17,625 nucleotides of DNA from Bdellovibrio sp. (lineage in GTDB: Bacteria > Bdellovibrionota > Bdellovibrionia > Bdellovibrionales > Bdellovibrionaceae), in contig JBKCUU010000092.1 of assembly GCA_046318155.1 (NCBI GenBank), positions 1 through 17,625 of the forward strand. Reading direction: 5' to 3'. The position numbers were made by a program, and so were the translations under genes. Below are positions 1 through 8,309 of the stretch, piece by piece. Below the pieces are notes generated by a model. It worked only from the letters and a program-made list of their open reading frames with translations, made no database searches and was not told the DNA's origin. The first letter of the stretch is position 1; each line of letters starts with the position of its first letter.

Positions 1-237
1 GCGCTCCACTTTCCAGTGTTGGCTGGCCGACTGAATCAGCGCATCGATTTCGGCGACGCGTGCTTTAACACCACGAATCAGTTCGTCAGCGTAATCAACG
101 ACTTCTTTGGGCGTGCGCTCTTCAAACAGCTCGAGAAAATCCTGATAGGGAACAGGACTTGTAAACTCAGTTTGAAAGAGAATCTGCAGGGCAAGTTCGC
201 GGGACTGTCTCTTCAGTTTGGGATCTTGCAGGCTCAC
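1..237 (-). CDS. nusB: Transcription antitermination factor NusB (N-terminal 79 codons; runs off the left edge)
   Basis: Not in the ORF track. Manual translation from GTG at 237 gives MSLQDPKLKRQSRELALQILFQTEF...YADELIRGVKARVAEIDALIQSASQHWKVER, matching the NusB RxxxRELALQxLF and IDxxIxxxxxxWxxER motifs. An AAGGA SD lies upstream, and the gene follows nrdR. Confidence 0.93.
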   Translation of the reverse strand, partial: MSLQDPKLKRQSRELALQILFQTEFTSPVPYQDFLELFEERTPKEVVDYADELIRGVKARVAEIDALIQSASQHWKVER

Positions 238-754
238 TATTTTTTCCTTCCGCAGAGCGAATATCGGGAGTCAAACTCAGTTGCGCGCCTGACTCAAAAA
301 CCTCGACGCCGTCGTTCTCTTCGAGAGTCTCGACGAATTCTTGCACGTCTTGAAAGTTTCGGTACACCGATGCAAATCGCACATATGCGACATCATCTAA
401 GATGCGCAACTCACGCATAATTTTTTGACCAACCATTGAAGCCGAAATTTCTTTTTCTCCGCGAGCCATCGTCCAATTTGAAATGCGCTCAACAACGGCT
501 TCAAGTTGGGCTAAGCTGATGGGTCTTTTTTGACAAGCCGCTTGCAAACCTTTGAGCACTTTTTCTTTTGAGTAGGGTTCGCGGCGGCCGTCTTTTTTAA
601 CAACAAACGGAAAGGCAAGACTAAGAGTCTCAACCGTTGAAAACCGAGAACGGCAATTCAGACACTCGCGTCGGCGCCGAATGGTTTCGCCTTCTTTTTG
701 TTCGCGGGTGTCAAGAACCCGGTCTTCGCTGTGTCCACAGTAAGGGCATTTCAT
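167..754 (-). CDS. nrdR: Transcriptional repressor NrdR (Zn ribbon + ATP cone), with C-terminal extension
   Basis: MKCPYC...DTR...IRRRRECLNC..RFSTVE, VVKKDGRRE and VAYVRFASVYR motifs. Start set at ATG 754 rather than 766. Confidence 0.97.
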   Translation of the reverse strand: MKCPYCGHSEDRVLDTREQKEGETIRRRRECLNCRSRFSTVETLSLAFPFVVKKDGRREPYSKEKVLKGLQAACQKRPISLAQLEAVVERISNWTMARGEKEISASMVGQKIMRELRILDDVAYVRFASVYRNFQDVQEFVETLEENDGVEVFESGAQLSLTPDIRSAEGKNSEPARSQTEETVPRTCPADSLSN

Positions 755-843
755 GAGTGTTTCCAAATCCGAAAGAAGTCTAAAACCTAGGGGTCTTGTG
801 TCCCCAGATGTCCAGATTCTTAAGGGGACTGGCTCCTAGGGCC

Positions 844-872
844 AAACTAGAAAGAGCGGGGAGCCTGGTCAA
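844..872 (-). promoter_or_regulatory. Putative sigma70 promoter for nrdR-nusB (TTGACC-N17-TAGTTT)
   Basis: -35 TTGACC at 872-867, 17-bp spacer, -10 TAGTTT at 849-844. Confidence 0.55.
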
Positions 873-893
873 TGAAAAAGGGTCGAGGACGGA

Positions 894-922
894 TTGACCC
901 TTTTGGACTTTCGCGGTAAGTC
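894..922 (+). promoter_or_regulatory. Putative sigma70-type promoter, likely leaderless (TTGACC-N17-TAAGTC-N6-ATG)
   Basis: -35 at 894-899 and -10 at 917-922, with ATG at 929 and no SD. The -35 lies in one arm of the inverted repeat AAAAGGGTC (876-884) / GACCCTTTT (896-904). Confidence 0.45.
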
Positions 923-928
923 ATAAGA

Positions 929-1618
929 ATGCGAAAGAACTGGATTTTTTTAAGTTTGCCCGCCGTGATTGTTGTCCTTTTGATCGGGGGGCTTGTCGCC
1001 CCAAGCCTGGCCGAGGCACGCCAGCCGATCGTCGGCCGAAAAGCCGCCTCAAAGTATTTTGAAAATGACCGCGAAAAGATCCGTGGACCTGCTCAGACGA
1101 ACAATGAGGGCGGTGGCGGAAGTGCTGGCGACCGCGGTGGTGGAGTCAGCGAACAATTGCTCATGCTTTCACTCGGTTCGTTCATCGGATCCAATGCCTA
1201 CGTGTGGGGACCTACATCCGAAGAAAACGGGGGCCGCATGTCGTACGGTGTGACTTATCTTTATGATGAGTGGGCGGGCCTCGACATGAATATCCGCGCC
1301 GATTTCAATGAGTACCGGGTCGAAGGACAGCACGCCAAGAAGCTCAGTTTGCTGCCGTTGATCACATTTCCGAGAGCGGCCGCGCGCTTTCCATTGTATT
1401 TTGGACTTGGTGCCGGATTGGGTGTTTTCTTTCAGCAAATCCCAGACGAGTCTAATCTCTCGTTCGACTATCAACTGGTGGCTGGGGCCAGGTTTATGGA
1501 TCTCTTCGAAAATTTTGGTTTCTTTTTTGAGCTCGGTATGAAAAACCACCTGCATCTACTTTCAGATGGGCAAGTCAATGGTAACACCATGACAGCCGGT
1601 GGCGTGTTTAGTTTTTAA
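929..1618 (+). CDS. Putative outer-membrane beta-barrel protein with signal peptide and Gly-rich linker
   Basis: Hydrophobic N-terminus ending AEA. Alternating amphipathic strands (PLYFGLGAGLG, YQLVAGARF, FGFFFELG) and a C-terminal Phe (GVFSF, BAM-type signal). Confidence 0.7.
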   Translation: MRKNWIFLSLPAVIVVLLIGGLVAPSLAEARQPIVGRKAASKYFENDREKIRGPAQTNNEGGGGSAGDRGGGVSEQLLMLSLGSFIGSNAYVWGPTSEENGGRMSYGVTYLYDEWAGLDMNIRADFNEYRVEGQHAKKLSLLPLITFPRAAARFPLYFGLGAGLGVFFQQIPDESNLSFDYQLVAGARFMDLFENFGFFFELGMKNHLHLLSDGQVNGNTMTAGGVFSF

Positions 1619-1644
1619 TCCGCGCCCGGATCAAAGAGGGGCGC

Positions 1645-2886
1645 ATGAAAATTCATGACCATTTAGTCGAAAAGATCATTAAAGCATGGGCCGAAATTTT
1701 TGAAGGCCATGTCTATGCCGACAAAGCGATCGAAAAACGCATGAAGCTTCAGAGAAAATGGGGCTCACGCGACCGCAAGTTTTTTGCCGAAAGTGTGTAC
1801 GAAGGTGTTCGCTGGTGGCGCCGGCTCTGGGCCTTGCTTGATGAAGAACCCTCAACCGAGCTCCCGGCCCTCGCCCGGCTGTGGGCCGTAATGGCCTTTG
1901 AAAATGGCTGGCTCGAGAATCCCGAATCATGGGATATCAATCCCGAAAAAATCCGCAAACGACAAATTTGGCTTGAGCGCGAAGCGACTCGTGCCGTGCG
2001 CGAATCGATTCCCGATTGGCTTGATCAACTGGGCGAGCAGGAGCTTGGCAAAGATTGGGATGCGGTCCTTTCAGCTCTCAACGAAAAATCGGTGGTCGAT
2101 CTTCGCACCAATACTTTGAAAACAACACGCGAAGAGCTGCAAGTGCGTTTGCGTGAAGATGAGATCGAAACCAAAATCATCGACGGCGTTCCCACAGGTT
2201 TGACGCTACCGGTGCGCAAAAATGTTTTTGCGACCAAGGCCTTTCAAGAGGGACTGTTCGAGGTGCAAGACCGCGCTTCGCAACTGGTGGCGCCTTTGCT
2301 GGGTCCTCTGCCCGGCGAACGAGTTTTCGATGCTTGCGCGGGTGCGGGGGGAAAAACCCTGCATCTTGGTTCACTCATGAAAAATAAAGGTAAAATCCTG
2401 GCTCTCGATATTCATGAGTGGAAGCTCGAAGAACTTCGTAAGCGCGCTAAGCGAGATGGCGTGAGCTTGATTGAGACCCGTGTGATCGAGTCCACCAAGG
2501 TCATTAAGCGCCTCGCAGGCAGCGCGGACCGCGTCCTGCTTGATGTCCCGTGCTCAGGGCTGGGCGTTTTGCGCCGTAATCCTGATACGAAATGGAAACT
2601 CTCGCCCGATGAGTTGCAAAAGCTCCAGCAAACCCAAGCTGACATTCTAAAAAGTTACGCGCGTATGGTGAAGCCAGGTGGGACTTTGGTCTACGCAACG
2701 TGCAGCTGCCTTCCTAGTGAGAATCAAAAACAAGTCGAGTCTTTCTTAGATGGACTCAAGAATGCCGACGGAACGCCAACGCAAGAATGGTCTTTGGTCG
2801 AGCAAATTATCGTCCGACCTGACGAAGGTCGTGGCGATGGATTCTTCGCTGCAAAGCTAAAAAGAAACAGCTCAATACCGTCCTGA
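1645..2886 (+). CDS. RsmB/NOL1/NOP2/Sun-family RNA m5C methyltransferase
   Basis: EVQDRASQ, SAM-binding DACAGAGGKT, motif IV DVPCSG and motif VI YATCS..ENQ. SD GAGGGG. Confidence 0.93.
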   Translation: MKIHDHLVEKIIKAWAEIFEGHVYADKAIEKRMKLQRKWGSRDRKFFAESVYEGVRWWRRLWALLDEEPSTELPALARLWAVMAFENGWLENPESWDINPEKIRKRQIWLEREATRAVRESIPDWLDQLGEQELGKDWDAVLSALNEKSVVDLRTNTLKTTREELQVRLREDEIETKIIDGVPTGLTLPVRKNVFATKAFQEGLFEVQDRASQLVAPLLGPLPGERVFDACAGAGGKTLHLGSLMKNKGKILALDIHEWKLEELRKRAKRDGVSLIETRVIESTKVIKRLAGSADRVLLDVPCSGLGVLRRNPDTKWKLSPDELQKLQQTQADILKSYARMVKPGGTLVYATCSCLPSENQKQVESFLDGLKNADGTPTQEWSLVEQIIVRPDEGRGDGFFAAKLKRNSSIPS

Positions 2887-2899
2887 ATCGAGCCGATAA
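2872..2899 (+). promoter_or_regulatory. Putative sigma28 (FliA) promoter TCAA-N16-GCCGATAA
   Basis: Perfect -10 GCCGATAA at 2892-2899 and TCAA at 2872-2875 (spacer one longer than the usual 15). The ATG lies 6 nt downstream. Confidence 0.6.
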
Positions 2900-2905
2900 A
2901 ATGTT

Positions 2906-3481
2906 ATGATTTCGTTAAGGGGAGTGCTCTCCCTCTTTTTCTTTTTGTTATCACTTCCCGCGCAGGCGGGTTTCTCGGGCACGCTCTTAGGAACCTACGT
3001 GACCGATGATTTTTCTCAAGCGGCAGCAACATCCAATTCAAAACAATTCTACAGTGCGATGCTGATGGCGAGCCTCGATGCCAAAGAACGATTTCACGTG
3101 GGCTGGTCCTATACGAGCATTTCTGCGGCTTCGAGTCGGACTGGAAACAATGAAAGCTATGCGGCAACGGACATGGGGCCGGCTTTTGCGTTTTGGTTTG
3201 GCAAGAATCGAAATCTCAATTTATCCGGTGCTTACAATATCGTCTCAAAAGCGACCTTTGAACAAACCGGACAAGCACTAAAAGAATGGAGCGGGACCAG
3301 CTATTGGGTCGCCGCGGGTGCCGAGCTTGAGTTCATGAAGTACATTCATCTGGGCGGACGGGTGGTTTATTGCGGCACCAGCATGACCGATCAAAAAGTG
3401 GGAGCCACGGCGTCCTCCGTCTCGGTGGGGCGCACGTGGGTGGTTCCGATGCTCACGATCTCGTTCCGCAAAGCGCTCTAA
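2906..3481 (+). CDS. Secreted protein, probable small outer-membrane beta-barrel
   Basis: Signal peptide ending AQA, alternating beta-strand pattern, C-terminal LTISF-like strand. Confidence 0.65.
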   Translation: MISLRGVLSLFFFLLSLPAQAGFSGTLLGTYVTDDFSQAAATSNSKQFYSAMLMASLDAKERFHVGWSYTSISAASSRTGNNESYAATDMGPAFAFWFGKNRNLNLSGAYNIVSKATFEQTGQALKEWSGTSYWVAAGAELEFMKYIHLGGRVVYCGTSMTDQKVGATASSVSVGRTWVVPMLTISFRKAL

Positions 3482-3497
3482 AAAATAAAGGATGGGG

Positions 3498-4628
3498 CTA
3501 GCTGAGTTGAACCGCCACGGGAGATTTCAACAGAGCTTTCCACTGTTTAAGGGCAAATTGAAATTCAAGTTTGGCCAAAGTCATTTCTGTTTTCATGTGC
3601 TCGATGCTCTCGTGCGAATGCGCCTTGAGGCGTCGGTATTCGACTTTGAGGCGAGTGTAGTCTTCTTTGAGTTTCTTCAATCGGACCTGGGCAAGCAAAA
3701 CCTGAGATTTCAGGGCTTCAAGCTTTTCGGCCGAGTAGCCTTTTGATTTGAGCTTTGCGGACTCCATGTGCAGGCGTGCCTTTAAAATTTCGGTTTGCGA
3801 AACGGTCCGGAGGCGGGTGGCCAGTCCCACGATCTTGAGGGTCTCGATCGTCCACTTGGTCGGGTCCCACTGCCACCAACGGATGCCATTGCGATAGTCG
3901 AACTGAAATTTGTGGTGAAAGTTATGATAGCCTTCGCCGTGGGTGAGAAACGCGACAAACAGGCTATCACGGGCCGTGATTTGATTCGAGTACGTCTGCT
4001 TACCCATGGTGTGGCAAAGACTGTTCACAAAAAACGTCGACTGCTGAGTCAGGCCAATGCGCAAAGCGCCTGCCATAAATAAACCGGTCAGCGGGTATCC
4101 AAAAGCCCAACCCACGGCGAGCGGAAGCAAAAAGCCGACGGCGATTGCGCACTTGATGTAGTGATTGTGCTGAAAACGCAAAAATGCGGATTTTTCGAGA
4201 TCGGGGCAATTGATTTTAAAATCCTCAGGCGATTTCCAAAACATCCATCCCAAGTGCGCGTACCAAAATCCTTTGTTGATCGAATAGGGATCCGCATCGG
4301 TGTCGACCTCACTGTGATGCTGACGGTGATCCGTGCACCACTTTAAAACGGAGCTCTGCCAAGCGGAGGTTCCGATGAACACCAAAATCCACTGTGCAAT
4401 GGGGTGAGCCACATAACTTCGATGAGAATAAAGACGGTGATAACCGGCGGTAATACTTAAGTTGGTTAACGCCGCAAAGATGAGGCTGAACGAAGCCATA
4501 CCCCAAGAAAATCCTTCGATCCAAATCGCAAAGCCCGTTCCGATCAGCCCCACCAAAGGTGTCAGGGTCAAAAAGAGCGTTGTCGGCCAATCAACCTGAT
4601 TCCATTTTGGCCAATTTGAGGTATTCAT
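3498..4628 (-). CDS. Delta-9 fatty acid (acyl-CoA/acyl-lipid) desaturase with C-terminal coiled coil
   Basis: Three His boxes (HRLYSH, HRQHH, GEGYHNFHH), plus NSLCH and WWQWDPTKW. SD AGGAGG. Confidence 0.94.
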   Translation of the reverse strand: MNTSNWPKWNQVDWPTTLFLTLTPLVGLIGTGFAIWIEGFSWGMASFSLIFAALTNLSITAGYHRLYSHRSYVAHPIAQWILVFIGTSAWQSSVLKWCTDHRQHHSEVDTDADPYSINKGFWYAHLGWMFWKSPEDFKINCPDLEKSAFLRFQHNHYIKCAIAVGFLLPLAVGWAFGYPLTGLFMAGALRIGLTQQSTFFVNSLCHTMGKQTYSNQITARDSLFVAFLTHGEGYHNFHHKFQFDYRNGIRWWQWDPTKWTIETLKIVGLATRLRTVSQTEILKARLHMESAKLKSKGYSAEKLEALKSQVLLAQVRLKKLKEDYTRLKVEYRRLKAHSHESIEHMKTEMTLAKLEFQFALKQWKALLKSPVAVQLS

Positions 4629-4770
4629 GCCGTCCTCCTAAGATGTGACTGATGTAAGTCTGCCCTCAAAGCCAAAAAAGATCCTCCATTTTGTATTGGG
4701 ATTTGGTTTTTTATTGGTCCGCCAGTCTGGGTCTTGACTCGGGCTCAAACATGGCAGGATGATCCTGAGC

Positions 4771-5832
4771 ATGGTTCACGATTTGAGTCCGATCATTTTT
4801 ACGATTTATGGCGATTTGGCCGTACGTTGGTACGGCCTGTCTTACATTATGGGTTTTATTTGTGCCTATGTGATTATCCGTTGGCTTGCAATTCGTCAGA
4901 AGCAAGGCCTTACGCCCGTCATGGTCGGCGACTTTATTACCTACGGTGCGATGGGTGTCTTGATCGGCGGAAGGCTCGGCTACTGCCTCTTTTACAGTCC
5001 CGATCTTTTCCTCAAGTTTAAAGGTGAGTTTCCGTACTGGGGAGTGCTCGCCGTCAACGAAGGTGGCATGGCCAGTCATGGCGGAATGCTCGGTCTCGTT
5101 GTCGCTTGTACGTTGTTTTCAATAAAGTACGGTGTGAGCCAGCTTTACTTGTTAGATCTGGTTTCATTGACCGGACCTGTCGGTATCTTTTTTGGCCGCA
5201 TAGCCAATTTTATTAATGGTGAATTGCTGGGACGTCCGGCGCCGGCGGACTACGCTTTGGCTGTGAAGTTTCCCACCGAAATCATGTCGTGGCCCGCCCA
5301 AAGTCCCGAGAAGCTCGGTGATTTGTCGGCGGTGGTTGAAAAAGTCCCAGGGCTTTCTCGTGAAGTGTGGCTTGAGGCGGTTGATAAGTTTCGCATGGAT
5401 CCCGCCGCGCGAGAGACTGTGCATAGTGGCTTGAACGAGATCATTCATGCGATTCAAAACGGCAATGCCGCAGCAAAAGAGGCGATTGCGCCACTTTTGG
5501 AAGGTCGGTACCCCTCGCAACTTTTTGGTGCGTTGGGCGAAGGTCTTTTGCTCTTTCTCTTTTTGTTCTTTATGTGGCGTAAGCCTCGCAAGCCGGGTGT
5601 CATCGGTTGCTGGTTTGCGATTTTGTATGCCTGCGCGCGTATTTGGGACGAGCAGTACCGCCTGCCCGATGCTCACTTGGGATATCAGTTGTTTGATCTC
5701 ACCAGGGGTCAATGGCTCTCGATCGCAATGCTTGCGATTGGTTTGGTCTTCTTGTTCTTGTGGGGCCGCCGAGAGACGCTGCCGATCCCGGGTTGGGGCC
5801 GCGGACAGAACGTCAAAATTCACCGCCGCTAA
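4771..5832 (+). CDS. lgt: Prolipoprotein diacylglyceryl transferase with enlarged head insertion
   Basis: VRWYG, GGRLGY, GGMASHGG, signature GRIANFINGELLGR, RYPSQL, R..E..R.PD and GQWLS. Start probably MVHD at 4771 (alternative 4759). Confidence 0.96.
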   Translation: MVHDLSPIIFTIYGDLAVRWYGLSYIMGFICAYVIIRWLAIRQKQGLTPVMVGDFITYGAMGVLIGGRLGYCLFYSPDLFLKFKGEFPYWGVLAVNEGGMASHGGMLGLVVACTLFSIKYGVSQLYLLDLVSLTGPVGIFFGRIANFINGELLGRPAPADYALAVKFPTEIMSWPAQSPEKLGDLSAVVEKVPGLSREVWLEAVDKFRMDPAARETVHSGLNEIIHAIQNGNAAAKEAIAPLLEGRYPSQLFGALGEGLLLFLFLFFMWRKPRKPGVIGCWFAILYACARIWDEQYRLPDAHLGYQLFDLTRGQWLSIAMLAIGLVFLFLWGRRETLPIPGWGRGQNVKIHRR

Positions 5833-5858
5833 GATTCGCAAACAACAGAGACAAAAAA

Positions 5859-7088
5859 CTAGATATCTTTGATCAAAACTGCCGTCTGTTCGCCGGATTT
5901 AAGATCTTTGACAGTGACGGTACCTGCATCCAGTTCGCTTCCGCCAATAATGTAAACTTTGGTGGCGCCAAGCTTGTCGGCTTTTTTCATACGCTTGCCA
6001 AAATTTCCGCCGAGCAAGATTTCGGTTTTTTGATCGCGCTTTCGCAAGTCGTAAACCAATTTGTGGCAAAACTCTTCAGCTCGATCTTCAGCCGGTAGCA
6101 CGCAAATCAAGGGCTCTTGGCGAATCGCTGTCTGTGCATCGATCAGCAAGGCAAGGCGCTCCATGCCGCTGGCCCAGCCAACGCCGGGTGTTTGCGGTCC
6201 GCCCATCAGAGCGATCAAGCCGTTGTAGCGACCGCCAGCGAGCACAGCAGACTGTGCCCCCAGGTGTGTGGTCGAAAACTCAAAAACACTGTGAGTATAG
6301 TAATCAAAGCCGCGCACGAGCTTGTCGTTCACGACGGTTTTGATTCGCAAGTCAGCAAGACCCTTTAAAACTTTATCAAAAAACTTTTTCGACTCGTCAT
6401 TGAGGCATTCGGATAAATTCGGGGCGCCTGCGAGAATCTTTCGGTCACCTTCATCTTTTGAATCCAAAATACGCAGCGGATTTTTGTGCAATCGAACTTT
6501 GCTGTCAGTGGACAGATCGTTTTCAAATTTTGCAAGGTAATGAACCAGCAGGTCGCGGTGCTTGAGCCGGCTTTCGGTATCACCTAAAGAGTTGATCTCG
6601 AGTTGCACTTTGTTTTGCAGGCCGAATCGCTCAAACAAAAGTGCACCTAAAGAAATACATTCAACATCCGATTCGGGTGTGTCGAAACCTAAACACTCAA
6701 CCCCCAATTGATGGAATTGCCGCTGCCGACCCTTTTGTGGGCGCTCATAACGAAACATGGGGCCTGAGTAATAAAATTTAAGTGGCAAGTTTTGCGCCAT
6801 GCCGTTTGAAACAAAGGCGCGGGCGATGCCGGCTGTCCCCTCGGGACGCAAGGTGAGGCTTTCGCCCCCACGGTCGGTAAACGTGTAGGTTTCTTTGGTC
6901 ACCGCATCTGAGGTTTCGCCAAGAGTGCGATGGAACACGTCTGTAAATTCAAAAATGGGCGTGTCGATTTCATCATAATTGAATTTTGACGCAAGGCTCC
7001 TGGCGGTGTCGTCAAGGTATCTAAAAATTTGTGATTGCTCGGGTAAAAGATCTTGGGTTCCGCGCACGGGCTGAAGTTTTTGGCTCAT
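5859..7088 (-). CDS. hisS: Histidine--tRNA ligase
   Basis: [46 protein letters not shown] and GMERL. Start set at ATG 7088. Confidence 0.98.
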   Translation of the reverse strand: MSQKLQPVRGTQDLLPEQSQIFRYLDDTARSLASKFNYDEIDTPIFEFTDVFHRTLGETSDAVTKETYTFTDRGGESLTLRPEGTAGIARAFVSNGMAQNLPLKFYYSGPMFRYERPQKGRQRQFHQLGVECLGFDTPESDVECISLGALLFERFGLQNKVQLEINSLGDTESRLKHRDLLVHYLAKFENDLSTDSKVRLHKNPLRILDSKDEGDRKILAGAPNLSECLNDESKKFFDKVLKGLADLRIKTVVNDKLVRGFDYYTHSVFEFSTTHLGAQSAVLAGGRYNGLIALMGGPQTPGVGWASGMERLALLIDAQTAIRQEPLICVLPAEDRAEEFCHKLVYDLRKRDQKTEILLGGNFGKRMKKADKLGATKVYIIGGSELDAGTVTVKDLKSGEQTAVLIKDI

Positions 7089-7094
7089 CCACAA

Positions 7095-7155
7095 GTCATA
7101 ACGAAGCCGCCAGCTCGTGGCAAGTCTTGCCATCAACCCGGGGGCGGGGGACAGT
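7095..7155. promoter_or_regulatory. Divergent back-to-back promoters around the palindrome TGGCAAG-T-CTTGCCA (7118-7132)
   Basis: Minus strand: TTGCCA-N17-TATGAC-N6-ATG (hisS). Plus strand: TTGCCA-N17-GACAGT-N6-ATG (7162). Confidence 0.55.
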
Positions 7156-7161
7156 GCATTT

Positions 7162-7623
7162 ATGGATAAATCGCGAATCATTCTGGTTATTGGTGCCTTT
7201 GCCCTTTCGCTTGCGGTCGGGTTTTTTCTGTTTAAAAATGTCGGCAGTGGAAACTTGGTTGATGCGACCGAAGTGGATTGGAAAATCCTGGCCGACTTGG
7301 ATTACATCACGGGGAACGCGAGCGATAATTTGAAATCACTTGATGGCAAGATGGTCAAAGTTCCGGGCTTTATGGTGCCCCTTGAAGATGAGCAAAAATC
7401 CGTTAAAACTTTTTTGCTCGTCCCTAGTCCGCAGGCCTGTATCCACGTCCCGCCGCCGCCGCCCAATCAAATGGTGCTGATCGAGATGGACACTTCAAAA
7501 GAGGTCAAAGTCGAATTCGGTCCGATTTGGGTTTACGGGACTTTAAAGTTGCATTCGAAGCGTCACCTTTATGGTGAATCTAGTTTTCAAATGGTTGGCG
7601 TTGCCATCGAGCCCTATCGATGA
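7162..7623 (+). CDS. DUF3299-family membrane-anchored protein (PA4066/ZrgD-like)
   Basis: [16 protein letters not shown]...FLLVP...[14 protein letters not shown] and PIWVYG.L motifs, with an N-terminal TM helix. Start set at ATG 7162. Confidence 0.9.
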   Translation: MDKSRIILVIGAFALSLAVGFFLFKNVGSGNLVDATEVDWKILADLDYITGNASDNLKSLDGKMVKVPGFMVPLEDEQKSVKTFLLVPSPQACIHVPPPPPNQMVLIEMDTSKEVKVEFGPIWVYGTLKLHSKRHLYGESSFQMVGVAIEPYR

Positions 7624-8309
7624 AGACATTGGCGATCTCGATTTGTAATCTCAAATTTCGTTACACGGATTCAGGTCCGCTGATTCTTGATTTACCCACT
7701 TTCGAAGTTCGCGGTGGCGAAAAAGTATTCTTGTTAGGACCCAGTGGTTCAGGCAAATCGACATTTCTTGAAGTTGTTTCGGGTGTTTTAACGGCAAAGG
7801 CCGACACGCTCGAAGTGTGTGGTCAGGATTTTTCAAGGAAGTCTCCGCACGAGAGAGATGTTCTCCGCGGAAGCCACATTGGCTATATTTTTCAGAGTTT
7901 TAATTTGGTGCCCTACCTGAGCGTTCAACAAAATATCGAGTTGCCAGTGTTGCTGAATCCAGGCCGAGCCCAGCGGATGACTCAAGATCTGAAGGCGGAG
8001 GTTAAGCGATTGGCCCAGCATCTCGAGATTGATTCGCTGTTAGAGCGTCCGGTCACTCAACTCTCGGTCGGTCAGCAACAGCGGGTGGCCGCGGCCCGTG
8101 CGCTGCTGGGCTCACCCGAACTCATTTTAGCCGATGAACCAACCTCGGCGCTTGATCATGATGTCCGTGAGAAGTTTATCAAATTACTTTTTGAATGTTG
8201 TGAACAAACCAAGGCTGCCGTTCTTTTTGTGAGTCATGATAAAACGCTGATGCCGCTTTTTGACCGGAGCTTCACGCTTCCTAAAAGTGGGGCGGGGGAG
8301 CAGACATGA
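7620..8309 (+). CDS. ABC transporter ATP-binding protein (LolD/MacB-type)
   Basis: Walker A GPSGSGKS, GYIFQSFNL, signature LSVGQQQRV, Walker B ILADEPT, and VSHD. ATGA overlap with the upstream gene. Confidence 0.95.
   Translation: MKTLAISICNLKFRYTDSGPLILDLPTFEVRGGEKVFLLGPSGSGKSTFLEVVSGVLTAKADTLEVCGQDFSRKSPHERDVLRGSHIGYIFQSFNLVPYLSVQQNIELPVLLNPGRAQRMTQDLKAEVKRLAQHLEIDSLLERPVTQLSVGQQQRVAAARALLGSPELILADEPTSALDHDVREKFIKLLFECCEQTKAAVLFVSHDKTLMPLFDRSFTLPKSGAGEQT

Noticed and set aside
16..420. 134-aa plus-strand ORF
   Set aside because: Antisense shadow of nusB/nrdR.
786..816. Possible NrdR boxes (ACACAAGA..., CCCCAGATGT...) for autoregulation
   Set aside because: Only half-site matches; the conserved G and the palindromic second half are missing.
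5164..6098. Long alternative ORFs (225, 141 and 128 aa) over lgt/hisS
   Set aside because: Shadow frames of well-supported genes, with no recognisable motifs.
7114..7125. 12-mer CTCGTGGCAAGT also present at 11265-11276 (minus) upstream of the small secreted gene
   Set aside because: A single 12-bp match is plausible by chance in this much sequence, and distances to the start codons differ.
7118..7132. Palindrome as a Zur/Fur box
   Set aside because: It has 7-1-7 symmetry but does not resemble the AT-rich Zur/Fur consensus.
7089..7181. N-terminal extensions of hisS (to 7181) and DUF3299 (from 7117)
   Set aside because: They would overlap head-to-head; family-like sequence begins at 7088 and 7162.
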